From Thermodesulfobacteriota bacterium (GTDB lineage Bacteria; Desulfobacterota_D; UBA1144), in assembly GCA_036340075.1 (NCBI GenBank), contig JAYYZJ010000001.1, positions 1-60,660 of the forward strand: a DNA stretch of 60,660 nucleotides, written 5' to 3'. Positions 10,321 through 20,400 of this stretch are shown piece after piece; the stretch's first letter is position 1, and every line of letters begins with the position of its first letter. The notes beneath the pieces were generated by a model. That model was not told the origin of the DNA. It ran no database searches and saw only the letters and a list, made by a program, of their open reading frames with translations. Position numbers and translations under genes: made by a program.

Positions 10321-11151
10321 ATGGCTTTTAGAATTAAATCCACAACTTATAATTCAGACGATTTTCCTTTAATTGTTGGTATTCTCAATCTAACACCTGA
10401 TTCCTTCTATGATGGCGGAAAATACACGGAAAATGACAAAATATTAAGGCGTGTCGAAAAAATGATTAAAGAAGGTGCTGATATCATTGATGTAGGAGCT
10501 GAATCTACACGCCCACAATCAAAAAGGATATCAACTCAAGAAGAACTAGAAAGACTGCTGGAACCATTGAAAATTATTACGAGTAATTTTGATATACCCA
10601 TTTCAATAGATACAATGAAAAGCGAAGTAGCAGATGCAGCATTATCTGAAGGTGCTGAAATTATAAACGATGCTACTGGTTTTCTATTTGACAAAGAAGT
10701 GCCAAAGATTGTTGGGAAACATAACGCATCGATAATAATAAACCATACTCCGGCATTACCTGAAGAAATGCAAAACAAATGTGAGTATGACAACATAATC
10801 AACGATATTAAAACTAATTTCGAAATGAAAATTATTTCATGTATTAAAGAAGGAATCTCGAAGGAGTCCATAGTAATTGATCCTGGAATTGGTTTTGGAA
10901 AAACTTTAGCTCATAATATAGAATTAATAATCAAAGCCAAAGAATTTAAAATATTTAATTTGCCTTTAATGTATGGAGTTTCAAATAAAACTTTTATTGG
11001 TGAAATTTTAAAAATCAAAGAACCATCAGAAAGAGTTCTTGGTTCAGTTATAGCTGCGAATGCTTGTATTAGAAACGGAGCTGATTTAATAAGGGTACAT
11101 AATATAAAAGAAACAAAAGAAATGATTTTGATGTGGAGAGAATTAGGATAA
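10321..11151 (+). CDS. folP: Dihydropteroate synthase
   Basis: GILNLTPDSFYDGG, GAESTRP, DPGIGFGK and RVHN; follows ftsH. Confidence 0.95.
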   Translation: MAFRIKSTTYNSDDFPLIVGILNLTPDSFYDGGKYTENDKILRRVEKMIKEGADIIDVGAESTRPQSKRISTQEELERLLEPLKIITSNFDIPISIDTMKSEVADAALSEGAEIINDATGFLFDKEVPKIVGKHNASIIINHTPALPEEMQNKCEYDNIINDIKTNFEMKIISCIKEGISKESIVIDPGIGFGKTLAHNIELIIKAKEFKIFNLPLMYGVSNKTFIGEILKIKEPSERVLGSVIAANACIRNGADLIRVHNIKETKEMILMWRELG

Positions 11152-12459
11152 ATGTTTGGTACAGATGGAATAAGAGGTTTTCCCTACAAAGAACCCCTAA
11201 CAAAAAAAACACTTTATAAAATTGGTTACTCTTTTGCTGAATACTTTAAAAGAAAAGAAAATATTTCTAATATTTTTATAGCTGAAGATACTAGGAGTTC
11301 ATCAAAATATATAAAAAACAACATCATAAAAGGAATAAATTCTGCTGGAGTTGTAGTAATAAGACTTAATATTTTACCAACAGCTTCCTTGTCTTTTTTT
11401 ACAAGGAAATATCCGGAATCTGCTGCCATTATGATAACTGCTTCACATAATGATTATAGATACAATGGTATAAAATTTATTAATACAAACGGTGAAAAGA
11501 TTTCTAAAATTGATGAAAATGAAATTTTAAAAATATTTAATAAAAAGTCTCGGTTAAAAGTAAAAAAAATAAACAATATTACTTACGAAAACTCTATCAA
11601 TGAATACGCTGATGAATTAATTAGATGTTTTGACAAACCATTTAAAGTTAGAAAAAGATTTGTCATTGATCTTTCAAATGGTGCATCCTTTAGATCAACA
11701 CCTTTAATATTAAAGAAACTCGGTATTAACGCAAAATTCATATCAAAAACACCTAATGGTAGCAATATTAATAGAAATTGTGGTGTAGAAGATTTAAGCA
11801 AAATTAAAAAATATGTGGTAAAAAACAAGATGGATTTTGGTATTGCCATAGATGGAGATGCAGACAGAATAGTCTTTGTCGACAGAAAAGGAGAAGAAAT
11901 TCAAGGAGATAAAATAATATTCTTTTTAGCAAAAAGTTTATTAAAAAGAAAAAAGAAATTAATAACTACACTTATGACAAACAAAGCCATAGATTCTCAT
12001 TTGAATCGTAAAGGGATAGATGTAATAAGAACAGATGTAGGCGATAAAAATCTTTCAAAGAGAATGAACGATACAGAAAGCTTGCTAGGATGTGAAAATT
12101 CTGGTCATTATATTTTTAAACAACATTTGAATACATCTGATGCTAATTTAACTCTACTTCTGCTTTTAGAGTTGCTTATAAAAAGAAAAACTGATTTTGA
12201 TAAAATATCAGATTTGAAACTAAATCCTAGTGTTCTTAAAAGTTTTGAAGTTTCTAAAAAAGTACCTCTTGATTCTTTGAAAGAAATAAAATACTTTGCA
12301 AATAGTTTTAATAAAAATAATAAGAAAGATGGTTATCTTAATATAAGATATTCTGGTACAGAAAATAAAATTAGAATCTTGATTCAACATAAGAAATTAG
12401 AAATTATCAAAGGAAACATTGATGTTTTTGCGAAAATCCTTAAGGAATTAAGGCTATGA
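11152..12459 (+). CDS. glmM: Phosphoglucosamine mutase
   Basis: FGTDGIRG, ITASHN, DGDADR, ENSGH and RYSGTE motifs. Confidence 0.92.
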   Translation: MFGTDGIRGFPYKEPLTKKTLYKIGYSFAEYFKRKENISNIFIAEDTRSSSKYIKNNIIKGINSAGVVVIRLNILPTASLSFFTRKYPESAAIMITASHNDYRYNGIKFINTNGEKISKIDENEILKIFNKKSRLKVKKINNITYENSINEYADELIRCFDKPFKVRKRFVIDLSNGASFRSTPLILKKLGINAKFISKTPNGSNINRNCGVEDLSKIKKYVVKNKMDFGIAIDGDADRIVFVDRKGEEIQGDKIIFFLAKSLLKRKKKLITTLMTNKAIDSHLNRKGIDVIRTDVGDKNLSKRMNDTESLLGCENSGHYIFKQHLNTSDANLTLLLLLELLIKRKTDFDKISDLKLNPSVLKSFEVSKKVPLDSLKEIKYFANSFNKNNKKDGYLNIRYSGTENKIRILIQHKKLEIIKGNIDVFAKILKELRL

Positions 12460-13163
12460 CAAAATTGAATATAAATATTGATCACGTTGCCACCCTTAGG
12501 CAAGCAAGATTAGGATTTAATCCTGACCCTGTTCAAGCCGCAAGGATTGCTAAAAAATCAAAAGTGAATGGTATTGTAATTCACTTAAGAGAAGATAGAA
12601 GACATATACAAGATAAAGATTTAATAAGATTAAAAAAAGAAAAAAATCTTCATATAAACTTGGAAATGGCACCAACAAAAGAAATGTTTCTAATTGCTAA
12701 CAAAATTAAGCCTAATGTGATAACTTTAGTCCCTGAAAAAAGAAAAGAGCTAACAACAGAAGGAGGGTTAAATGTAAAAAAGAATTACAAAATGTTGCAA
12801 GCTAGACTTAAAACTGTTGATCCAAAAATAAAAGTTATGATGTTTATTGATCCTACCAAAGTCCAGATAGAATTTTCAAAAAAATTGAAAGTATACGGAA
12901 TTGAAATAAATACAGCTAAATATTCTGAATCAAAAGGATTATCAGCCTTAAGAGAAATAAAGAAGATAAAAGAAGCTGTACAATTTGCTAATGAAAAAAA
13001 CTTGTATATTGCTGCTGGCCATGGTTTAAACGAAAAGAATTTAAAAAGAATAAGCAAAATAAAAGAAATCAAAGAATACAATATAGGTCACAGCATTATA
13101 GGAAATGCAATTTTCTATGGTTTAAAAGAATCAATTAAGAAAATTCAGGATATAATTAAATAA
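12456..13163 (+). CDS. pdxJ: Pyridoxine 5'-phosphate synthase
   Basis: NIDHVATLRQAR, HLREDRRHI, LTTEGGL, AGHGL and NIGHSII. Confidence 0.97.
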   Translation: MTKLNINIDHVATLRQARLGFNPDPVQAARIAKKSKVNGIVIHLREDRRHIQDKDLIRLKKEKNLHINLEMAPTKEMFLIANKIKPNVITLVPEKRKELTTEGGLNVKKNYKMLQARLKTVDPKIKVMMFIDPTKVQIEFSKKLKVYGIEINTAKYSESKGLSALREIKKIKEAVQFANEKNLYIAAGHGLNEKNLKRISKIKEIKEYNIGHSIIGNAIFYGLKESIKKIQDIIK

Positions 13164-13516
13164 TGATTAAAGGCATTGGTTTAGATATTTTAGAGATTGC
13201 AAGATTTGAATCACTTTATTTAAAATGGGGCACAAAGCTAACTAATAAACTGTTCAATAAAGATGAAGTTGTTAGCGCCAAATCCCAAAAAAGATTTATA
13301 GAGACTTTATCTGGTAAGTTTGCTGCAAAAGAAGCAATATCAAAAGCTCTTGGGACAGGAATAGGTTCTTTCGTTTCTTTTAAAGATATTAAAATTATAA
13401 AAAATAATGCGGGAAAACCTATAGTCATTTATCGTGGAAAAGAATCTAAAGTAATTCATTTATCAATAAGTCATAGTAATAATTACGCAGCAGCATTTGC
13501 AGTAATAGAGGAATAG
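13163..13516 (+). CDS. acpS: Holo-ACP synthase
   Basis: GIGLDI, FAAKEA..KALGTG and SISH. Confidence 0.95.
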   Translation: MIKGIGLDILEIARFESLYLKWGTKLTNKLFNKDEVVSAKSQKRFIETLSGKFAAKEAISKALGTGIGSFVSFKDIKIIKNNAGKPIVIYRGKESKVIHLSISHSNNYAAAFAVIEE

Positions 13517-13517
13517 T

Positions 13518-13859
13518 ATGAATAATACAATTTTTGGAAAAATAATAAGAAAAGAAATTCCTGCTGAAATTCTTTATGAAGATGATGTATCAATAGCGTT
13601 TAAAGATATTAATCCTCAAGCCCCTATTCATATTTTGATAATAACTAAAGAATTAATTGAAATGCCTGATAAAATAGAAGAAAAACACCAAGATATTGTA
13701 GGCCATTTATTTGTGGTTGCTAAGATATTAGCAAAAGAATTAAACATTGAAGATGGCTACAGACTTGTTATGAATAACGGAGAAAATGCAGGACAATCGG
13801 TTTTTCATATACATTTGCATATGCTTGCAGGTAGAAAACTTGGTTGGCCACCTGGCTAA
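13518..13859 (+). CDS. hinT: Histidine triad nucleotide-binding protein
   Basis: TIFGKII..EIP, DINPQAP.H and GQSVFHIHLH..GR...WPPG. Confidence 0.93.
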   Translation: MNNTIFGKIIRKEIPAEILYEDDVSIAFKDINPQAPIHILIITKELIEMPDKIEEKHQDIVGHLFVVAKILAKELNIEDGYRLVMNNGENAGQSVFHIHLHMLAGRKLGWPPG

Positions 13860-15047
13860 ATGTATAAAAATATATCTTTATTAGAAAAACTAGGTAACAG
13901 TAAGAAACCTAATTTAAATAAAATAAAAAAGGTTTTGTCTTTATTTGATAATCCTCAAGAAAAACTCTCCAATTGTATCCTTATCTCAGGAACCAATGGA
14001 AAAGGAACCGTTGCTAAATTATTATCTGATATATTAACTCAATCAAAATACAAAGTTGGTCTTTATACCTCCCCTCACCTTTTCCGAATTAATGAAAGAA
14101 TTCAGATCAATAACAAAGAAATCTCTGATAAAAAGTTAGACACACTAATAGGTGAAGTAATTGATACTACTAATATACAACTAAGTTATTTCGAACTATT
14201 AACAATAGTTTCAATAAATTATTTCTATAAAAATAAAAATGAAATAAATATTTTTGAAGTTGGACTCGGTGGAAAATATGATGCTACCAATGTTGTCAAA
14301 TCAAAGGTTTCCATTATAACAAATATAGACAAAGACCATCAAGAATATTTAGGAAATACTTTAAGTTCAATTGCTAGGGAAAAATCAGGGATAGTCAGAA
14401 AAAATGGATTTCTTTCAACAAACGCTAAAGGTATAGGATTAAAGATTTTATTAGAGGATGCAAAAAGAAAAAAAACCAAAATTTATGTAGGAGAAGAAAA
14501 AGATTTTTTGGTCTTGGAAAAAAAGACACGACTTGTAGGGAGTCATCAAAAAGAAAACCTATTTCTTGTAACAAATACTATAAATATCCTAAATGAAAAC
14601 TTTGGATTCGAAATAAGAGAAAAAGGAATGCTAAAATCAATAAAAAGTACTTATTTGCCTGGTAGGTATCAAATCTTTTCAAAAAAACCATTAAAAATAA
14701 TAGATACTGCTCATAATCTCCATGCTGTTAAAAATTTAGTTAAAAATATAAAAATAATTTTTGGTAACAAAAAAATCAATATTTTACTTGGTATGCTGAA
14801 AGACAAAAGACCTATTCTTTGCATTAAAGAAATAGAAAAAGTAGGAAAGAACATTTATTTAACAAATGTTCCTAATATTAGATCATTTGATGCAGAAAAA
14901 GTTACAAAAAAACTTAAAAAGGACCATATAAAATTTGTCGAACTCAAGAATGTGTCGAGAATAATTAATCTTAAAGAAAATTTAGTGGTTCTAGGTTCTA
15001 ATTATTTAGTTGGAGATTTGCTTGATAAGCATATTAAAAATAATTAA
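13860..15047 (+). CDS. folC: Folylpolyglutamate synthase / dihydrofolate synthase
   Basis: GTNGKG, YTSPHL...NERI, EVGLGG..DATN, DH..YLG, EK.GI and D.AHN. Confidence 0.92.
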   Translation: MYKNISLLEKLGNSKKPNLNKIKKVLSLFDNPQEKLSNCILISGTNGKGTVAKLLSDILTQSKYKVGLYTSPHLFRINERIQINNKEISDKKLDTLIGEVIDTTNIQLSYFELLTIVSINYFYKNKNEINIFEVGLGGKYDATNVVKSKVSIITNIDKDHQEYLGNTLSSIAREKSGIVRKNGFLSTNAKGIGLKILLEDAKRKKTKIYVGEEKDFLVLEKKTRLVGSHQKENLFLVTNTINILNENFGFEIREKGMLKSIKSTYLPGRYQIFSKKPLKIIDTAHNLHAVKNLVKNIKIIFGNKKINILLGMLKDKRPILCIKEIEKVGKNIYLTNVPNIRSFDAEKVTKKLKKDHIKFVELKNVSRIINLKENLVVLGSNYLVGDLLDKHIKNN

Positions 15048-15073
15048 AATTATAAGAATAAAAGGAGGTAATT

Positions 15074-15430
15074 ATGTCTAAAGTAGCAATTATAATTTTA
15101 GCTGATATAGAAACCAAAGAAAATTTTGGTAGAGCAGTAAATGGCTTAATGACTGCAAAAGAATTTAAAGATGCTGGTGATGATGTGCAAATAATCTTTG
15201 ACGGAGCTGGTACAAAATGGATTGGCAAATTTAATGAAGAAGGTGGTAAGTATAACGATCTATTTAATTCAGTAAAAGATAAAGTTTCTGGTGTTTGTGG
15301 TTATTGTGCAGGGGCTTTTAAAGTCGCAGAAGAAGCTACAAGCAATGATATTGAACTTATAGATGAAGTTAATGGCCATCCTAGTTTTAAAAAATTAGTA
15401 GATGATGGGTACACGATCCTTACTTTTTAA
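15074..15430 (+). CDS. DsrE-family protein
   Basis: IIFDGAGTKW and GVCGYCA motifs, ends GY.ILTF; strong SD AAGGAGGT upstream. Confidence 0.75.
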   Translation: MSKVAIIILADIETKENFGRAVNGLMTAKEFKDAGDDVQIIFDGAGTKWIGKFNEEGGKYNDLFNSVKDKVSGVCGYCAGAFKVAEEATSNDIELIDEVNGHPSFKKLVDDGYTILTF

Positions 15431-16202
15431 GTTTAGGAGTCCTTCTAAAGTCTTCACCGGTCAATTCTAAGACTTTACACATTTCAAAAATTCTCGAAAT
15501 GTTTCTTTCTCCTATTTTTGAATCTAAAACCATGTTCGGATCTGTTACCTTGTATTTTGACCCATTAATTAAAGCTAGATTTGAATTTAGAATTGTATGT
15601 TTTTCTGCATTATATCTTTTTGCGATGATATTATCTAAAACACTTGTTTCCCATTCACTCATTCTTGTTGAACCTAAATCATCAATTACTAAAACATCAT
15701 AATCTGAAAGCTCATCAACGTAATCTTTTTCAGATTCATTTTTAACATAAATATCCTTTATGTCAGAAAGTAGATCTCTAAATTGTTTAAATATACACTT
15801 TTTATTTTTTTTTAAAATCAATTCGCTAATAATGCAAACAGATAAATGTGTTTTTCCTAGACCTGTTGAACCAATAAAGAAAGGAGGTAATGAATCAGGA
15901 AAATTGTCTACATAATTAATACTATAATTGAGTGCTTCTTGAATATTTCCTTTTCTAAGCTTCCAATGTCCGTTGTCAAACCTTGTATCTCTACACTTTG
16001 AATAACGGGCTGGTATAAAAGATGAGTTATAAAAATTAATACTTCTTTTTCTGGGACAAAACTTTGTTCCATTTTTTGTGTAGATTACTCCACTATTGTT
16101 ACATTCAGAACAAATAAAATCTTTTCTACTTCTAACTTTTGAATAGTCAGAATTCTGGAAAAAATCTAGTCCGGATAAAAAGTTTTCATTATCTTTAGCC
16201 AT
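15420..16202 (-). CDS. DnaC/IstB-like AAA+ ATPase, putative helicase loader
   Basis: N-terminal CSEC..G...CP, Walker A GSTGLGKTHL, Walker B VLVIDDLG, I..RYN, ER..SR..EMC and G.DFR. Start overlaps the 3' end of rpe. Confidence 0.8.
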   Translation of the reverse strand: MAKDNENFLSGLDFFQNSDYSKVRSRKDFICSECNNSGVIYTKNGTKFCPRKRSINFYNSSFIPARYSKCRDTRFDNGHWKLRKGNIQEALNYSINYVDNFPDSLPPFFIGSTGLGKTHLSVCIISELILKKNKKCIFKQFRDLLSDIKDIYVKNESEKDYVDELSDYDVLVIDDLGSTRMSEWETSVLDNIIAKRYNAEKHTILNSNLALINGSKYKVTDPNMVLDSKIGERNISRIFEMCKVLELTGEDFRRTPKLKK

Positions 16203-16869
16203 TTTCAATAACTCTCAACATAGCTTCAGTAGTCTTTTTATAGTCCTTTGTATTAAAAATACCAGTCCCAGAAACAATAATATTTGCACCTGATTTTATT
16301 AACCTTGAAACATTATTTATTTTTATACCACCGTCAACTTCTATAGGTATCTTTAAATTATTTTTATCTATAAATTCTCTTAGTTTAGCAATTTTTTTAA
16401 AAGTTGAAGGTATAATCTTTTGACCAGCAAATCCTGGCCACACAGTCATTACTAATAATAAATCAACAAATTTAATGTTTTTAATTAATCCATCAATTGG
16501 TGTTGAAGGGTTGATTGCTAAACCAAATTTAATACCTTTTTTTCTTAACAAAGTAGACATTTTTTTAATGTTCTTACATGTTTCTAGGTGGACTGAAATG
16601 TTAGCTATAGATTTTTTTTTGTACTTTTCTACAAAAAAAGGAACTATATAATCCGGATTTGAGACCATAAAGTGAACATCTAGTGGAAAATTCGTTTTTT
16701 TAGTCAATGAATCAAGTTCGCATGAACCAACTGTGATATTAGGAACAAAATGTCCATCCATTATATCGTAATGAATCCATTTAGTTCTAGTTTTTTTAAG
16801 CTTTAGAAGCTCTTTTTCTAAATTCCAAAAATCTGCTGCTATTAAAGAAGCTGCTAAAAAATTTTTCAT
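16195..16869 (-). CDS. rpe: Ribulose-phosphate 3-epimerase
   Basis: H.DIMDGHFVPNIT.G, DVH.MV, MTV.PGF.GQ and EVDGGI. Confidence 0.95.
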   Translation of the reverse strand: MKNFLAASLIAADFWNLEKELLKLKKTRTKWIHYDIMDGHFVPNITVGSCELDSLTKKTNFPLDVHFMVSNPDYIVPFFVEKYKKKSIANISVHLETCKNIKKMSTLLRKKGIKFGLAINPSTPIDGLIKNIKFVDLLLVMTVWPGFAGQKIIPSTFKKIAKLREFIDKNNLKIPIEVDGGIKINNVSRLIKSGANIIVSGTGIFNTKDYKKTTEAMLRVIENG

Positions 16870-16947
16870 AGATTTTGATTATAACATGTAAAGAAAAAAC
16901 AATTATAAAGTCTTTTTTTTGCTCTATATTATAGTATTATAAAGCCA

Positions 16948-18105
16948 ATGTTTCCTGAAGGCTTTATTTTTACTTCCGAATCAGTAACAGAAGGTCACCC
17001 AGATAAGGTAGCTGATCAGATCTCAGATGCCGTTTTGGATGCTATAATAAAAGATGATCCAAATTGTAGAGTTGCATGTGAAACTCTTATAACTAGAGAC
17101 AGAGTAGTTCTATCAGCTGAAATTACTTCGAATATAAGTGTAGATTTTAAAAATATAGTTAAGGAAACCCTACTATCCATTGGTTATGATGATAAATCCA
17201 AAGGATTCGATGCAAATAATTGTGATATTGATTTATACATAGAAGAGCAATCACCCGATATATCAATGGGAGTTGATCAAAAAGATTCAGATGTTATCGG
17301 AGCTGGTGATCAAGGAATTATGTTTGGTTATGCAACAAATGAAAACAATGAATTTATGCCCTACCCTATATTGCTTGCTCATAAATTAACCAAAAAACTT
17401 TCTGATAAGAGAAAATCCAATGATTTACCTTTTTTAAGACCTGACGGTAAATCACAAGTTTCTATTCAGTACGATAACAACAAACCGGTTTTTATAGATA
17501 CTATTTTGATTTCTACCCAACATGATCCTTCCGTAAAAGATTCTGATCTAAAAGAATCTGTCATAGAAGAAGTAATTAAAGAAGAATTACCAAAAAATCT
17601 TATAACAAAAAATACAAAATTTATAATTAACCCAACAGGAAGATTTGTTGTTGGAGGACCACAGGGCGATACAGGTCTAACTGGAAGAAAAATAATTGTT
17701 GACACATATGGCGGATGGGCTAAGCATGGTGGCGGTGCCTTTTCAGGAAAAGACCCTTCGAAGGTTGATAGAAGTGCCTGCTATATGGCAAGATACATAG
17801 CAAAGAATATTGTTGCATCTGGTTTGCTACCTAATTGCGAAATTCAATTTGCTTATGCTATAGGAAAACCTGAGCCAGTCTCTTTCTACATTAACACTAC
17901 AATGGATATAGATAGAAAGATAATCAATAAATTATCAAATAAATTATTGGAAATATTTAATTGCACCCCTAAAGGAATAATAGAATCTTTAGACTTACTT
18001 AAACCTATTTATCAAAGCACAGCATCTTATGGACATTTTGGCAGACAAGAACAAGGCTTTAATTGGGAGAACGTAGATAAAAGTGATGAAATTAAATCAT
18101 TATAG
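16948..18105 (+). CDS. metK: S-adenosylmethionine synthetase
   Basis: FTSESVTEGHPDK, GAGDQG and GGGAFSGKDPSKVDRS. Confidence 0.98.
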   Translation: MFPEGFIFTSESVTEGHPDKVADQISDAVLDAIIKDDPNCRVACETLITRDRVVLSAEITSNISVDFKNIVKETLLSIGYDDKSKGFDANNCDIDLYIEEQSPDISMGVDQKDSDVIGAGDQGIMFGYATNENNEFMPYPILLAHKLTKKLSDKRKSNDLPFLRPDGKSQVSIQYDNNKPVFIDTILISTQHDPSVKDSDLKESVIEEVIKEELPKNLITKNTKFIINPTGRFVVGGPQGDTGLTGRKIIVDTYGGWAKHGGGAFSGKDPSKVDRSACYMARYIAKNIVASGLLPNCEIQFAYAIGKPEPVSFYINTTMDIDRKIINKLSNKLLEIFNCTPKGIIESLDLLKPIYQSTASYGHFGRQEQGFNWENVDKSDEIKSL

Positions 18106-18114
18106 GAGTTAATT

Positions 18115-19368
18115 ATGAAATCAGATATTAAAAGTGCTTCATTAAATAAACAAGGTAGAGATCGGGTTGAATGGGCTTATCGAGATATGCCTGTTTTACA
18201 AGAAATTAATAAAGTTTTTGCTAAGAAGAAACCATTGAAAAATATTAACATTGCAGCTTGTTTGCACGTTACAACAGAGACCGCTAATCTTCTTATTACT
18301 CTTAAAAATGCAGGTGCTAATGTTTCATGCTGTGCATCTAATCCATTAAGTACACAAGATGATGTAGCCGCACATCTTTCTAAAGATTACGGCATAGCAA
18401 CATTTGCAATAAAGGGTATAAATAATAAAGGTTATTACAAACATATTGTTGAATCATTAAAAATAAAGCCAAATCTTACCATGGATGATGGTTGTGATTT
18501 AGTTGGAATGGTTCACAAAACTCATAGAAGCTATTTACCAGACATCATAGGAGGAACAGAGGAGACGACAACTGGTGTTATAAGGCTAAATAGCATGTCA
18601 AAAAATAACGTACTTGAATACCCTATTGTTGCTGTTAACAATGCTTTCACTAAACATTTATTTGATAACCGTTATGGAACCGGACAGAGTGTCATAGACA
18701 GCATCATGAGAGCAACAAATAGGCTGATTTCCGGAAAAACATTTGTTGTGTGTGGATATGGATGGTGTGGAAGAGGACTCGCAATGCGGGCTAATGGTTT
18801 AGGGGCAAATGTAATAGTTACTGAAATTGATTCCACTAAAGCTTTAGAAGCAAAAATGGATGGTTTTCAAGTTATGACTGGAAATGAGGCCTTTAAAAAA
18901 GCGGATTTCATATGTTCCGTTACGGGAAATATTAATGTTATAGATAAGCACCATTTTCGAACTATGAAAGATGGCGCAATTATTTCAAATGCTGGTCATT
19001 TTAATGTTGAGATTAACATTGATTCGCTAAAAAAAATGGCCACAAAAAGAAAGAAAATTAGGAACGACATAGAGGAATTTACTGTTGGAAAGAAAAAAGT
19101 TTATCTTTTATCTGATGGTAGATTAGTTAATTTGTCTGCTGCAGAAGGTCATCCTTCAAGTGTTATGGATATGAGTTTCGCAAACCAAGCTTTTTGCTCA
19201 CAATACATAGTGCAGAACCATTCAAAACTCAAAAAAGAAGTTTATGATGTTCCTCTAGATATAGACAATAAAGTAGCAGAGATAAAATTGAATTCTATGG
19301 GAGTTAAAATAGACAAACTTACCAAAGAACAAGACAAGTATCTTAATTCATGGGAAAGTGGTACATAA
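18115..19368 (+). CDS. ahcY: Adenosylhomocysteinase
   Basis: CLHVT.ETA, SNPLSTQD, EETTTGV, FDNRYGTGQS and GHPS.VMD.SF; SD AGGAG upstream. Confidence 0.97.
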   Translation: MKSDIKSASLNKQGRDRVEWAYRDMPVLQEINKVFAKKKPLKNINIAACLHVTTETANLLITLKNAGANVSCCASNPLSTQDDVAAHLSKDYGIATFAIKGINNKGYYKHIVESLKIKPNLTMDDGCDLVGMVHKTHRSYLPDIIGGTEETTTGVIRLNSMSKNNVLEYPIVAVNNAFTKHLFDNRYGTGQSVIDSIMRATNRLISGKTFVVCGYGWCGRGLAMRANGLGANVIVTEIDSTKALEAKMDGFQVMTGNEAFKKADFICSVTGNINVIDKHHFRTMKDGAIISNAGHFNVEINIDSLKKMATKRKKIRNDIEEFTVGKKKVYLLSDGRLVNLSAAEGHPSSVMDMSFANQAFCSQYIVQNHSKLKKEVYDVPLDIDNKVAEIKLNSMGVKIDKLTKEQDKYLNSWESGT

Positions 19369-19377
19369 TTATTATAT

Positions 19378-20400
19378 ATGGAAAAAATAATTGATGATTT
19401 TATTAGACACAAACAACTAACTCAATCTAGTATTACTTCAAATACAAAAAATTCATATATTAAAGATTTAGAAAATTTTCTTTTATTCTTAGAAAATAAT
19501 AATATTAAGAAATTCGAAAATGTTAATGAAAACGTTATAGAAGATTTTTATAGCAGTGATTTATTTAACCAATACGAAAGAACATGGAAAAACAAATCAG
19601 GCGAAATTAAAAAGAAAAAAGTAGGAAAAAGATCTGAATCTTCTAAAAATAGAATTGCATCTACTATTTCTAGTTTGTTCAAATATTTAGTCTTCAAAGG
19701 TGCTGTGATTAGCTCTCCTGTCTTCCATGATGGAGGAAAAGGAGTAAAACGAAAATCTAGATCTAATTCTGTTAAACCAACTTTGACAATCAAAGAAATT
19801 GAACAGATTCTTAGTTTTGTATCTTCCAAGAATTTCAAAGAATCATTCAAATTCAACAAAAGAGATGCGTGTATAATTAAAACACTTTATTACTGTGGTC
19901 TGAGGATTTCCGAATTGATTAACATACAAATGTCAGACTTAAAATTAAACAATGCCAGTCCTTTTATGCTTATTAGAGGAAAAGGTAACAAATTAAGAGA
20001 ACAACCTATTCCTATGTATAAAAATCTTATAGATTATATAAACAACGAAAGACCACTCATCTTGGGAGATAAGAATTGCGATTATTTATTTATTAACTTA
20101 TATAAAAATCAACCAAGAATGTTAACAAGGCAAGGTCTAGACAAAAAAATTAAACAAATATGTTTACTAGCTGGACTAAATATAGAAAAAAGTGGAGAAG
20201 TTAAATATAAAAAAATAAGTGCTCACATGTTTAGGCACTCAATCGGAACCCACCTGCATGATTCAGGTGTAGATTTGATTCATGTAAAAAACCATCTTGG
20301 TCACTCTTCTATTTCAACAACAGAACGTTATATAAAGTCCCTTAAAGAAAAAGAAGAAATTTTAAAAAAATATGGTCCAATAACTGGTGAAAAGAGTTAA
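19378..20400 (+). CDS. xerD: Site-specific tyrosine recombinase, XerD-like
   Basis: GLRISEL, GKGNK.R, HMFRHS, LGHSS..TT.RY catalytic set; xerD-S2P-scpAB synteny. Confidence 0.75.
   Translation: MEKIIDDFIRHKQLTQSSITSNTKNSYIKDLENFLLFLENNNIKKFENVNENVIEDFYSSDLFNQYERTWKNKSGEIKKKKVGKRSESSKNRIASTISSLFKYLVFKGAVISSPVFHDGGKGVKRKSRSNSVKPTLTIKEIEQILSFVSSKNFKESFKFNKRDACIIKTLYYCGLRISELINIQMSDLKLNNASPFMLIRGKGNKLREQPIPMYKNLIDYINNERPLILGDKNCDYLFINLYKNQPRMLTRQGLDKKIKQICLLAGLNIEKSGEVKYKKISAHMFRHSIGTHLHDSGVDLIHVKNHLGHSSISTTERYIKSLKEKEEILKKYGPITGEKS

Noticed and set aside
15420..16202. IS21 element (IstB)
   Set aside because: No IstA transposase or terminal inverted repeats, and it overlaps genes on both sides.
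16870..16947. SAM riboswitch upstream of metK
   Set aside because: The 78-bp AT-rich gap holds two divergent -10 boxes close to the start codons, leaving no room for a structured leader.
19378..20400. Tyrosine recombinase as a prophage or island integrase
   Set aside because: It sits in the housekeeping xerD-S2P-scpAB order, with no adjacent tRNA, att-like repeats or phage genes.
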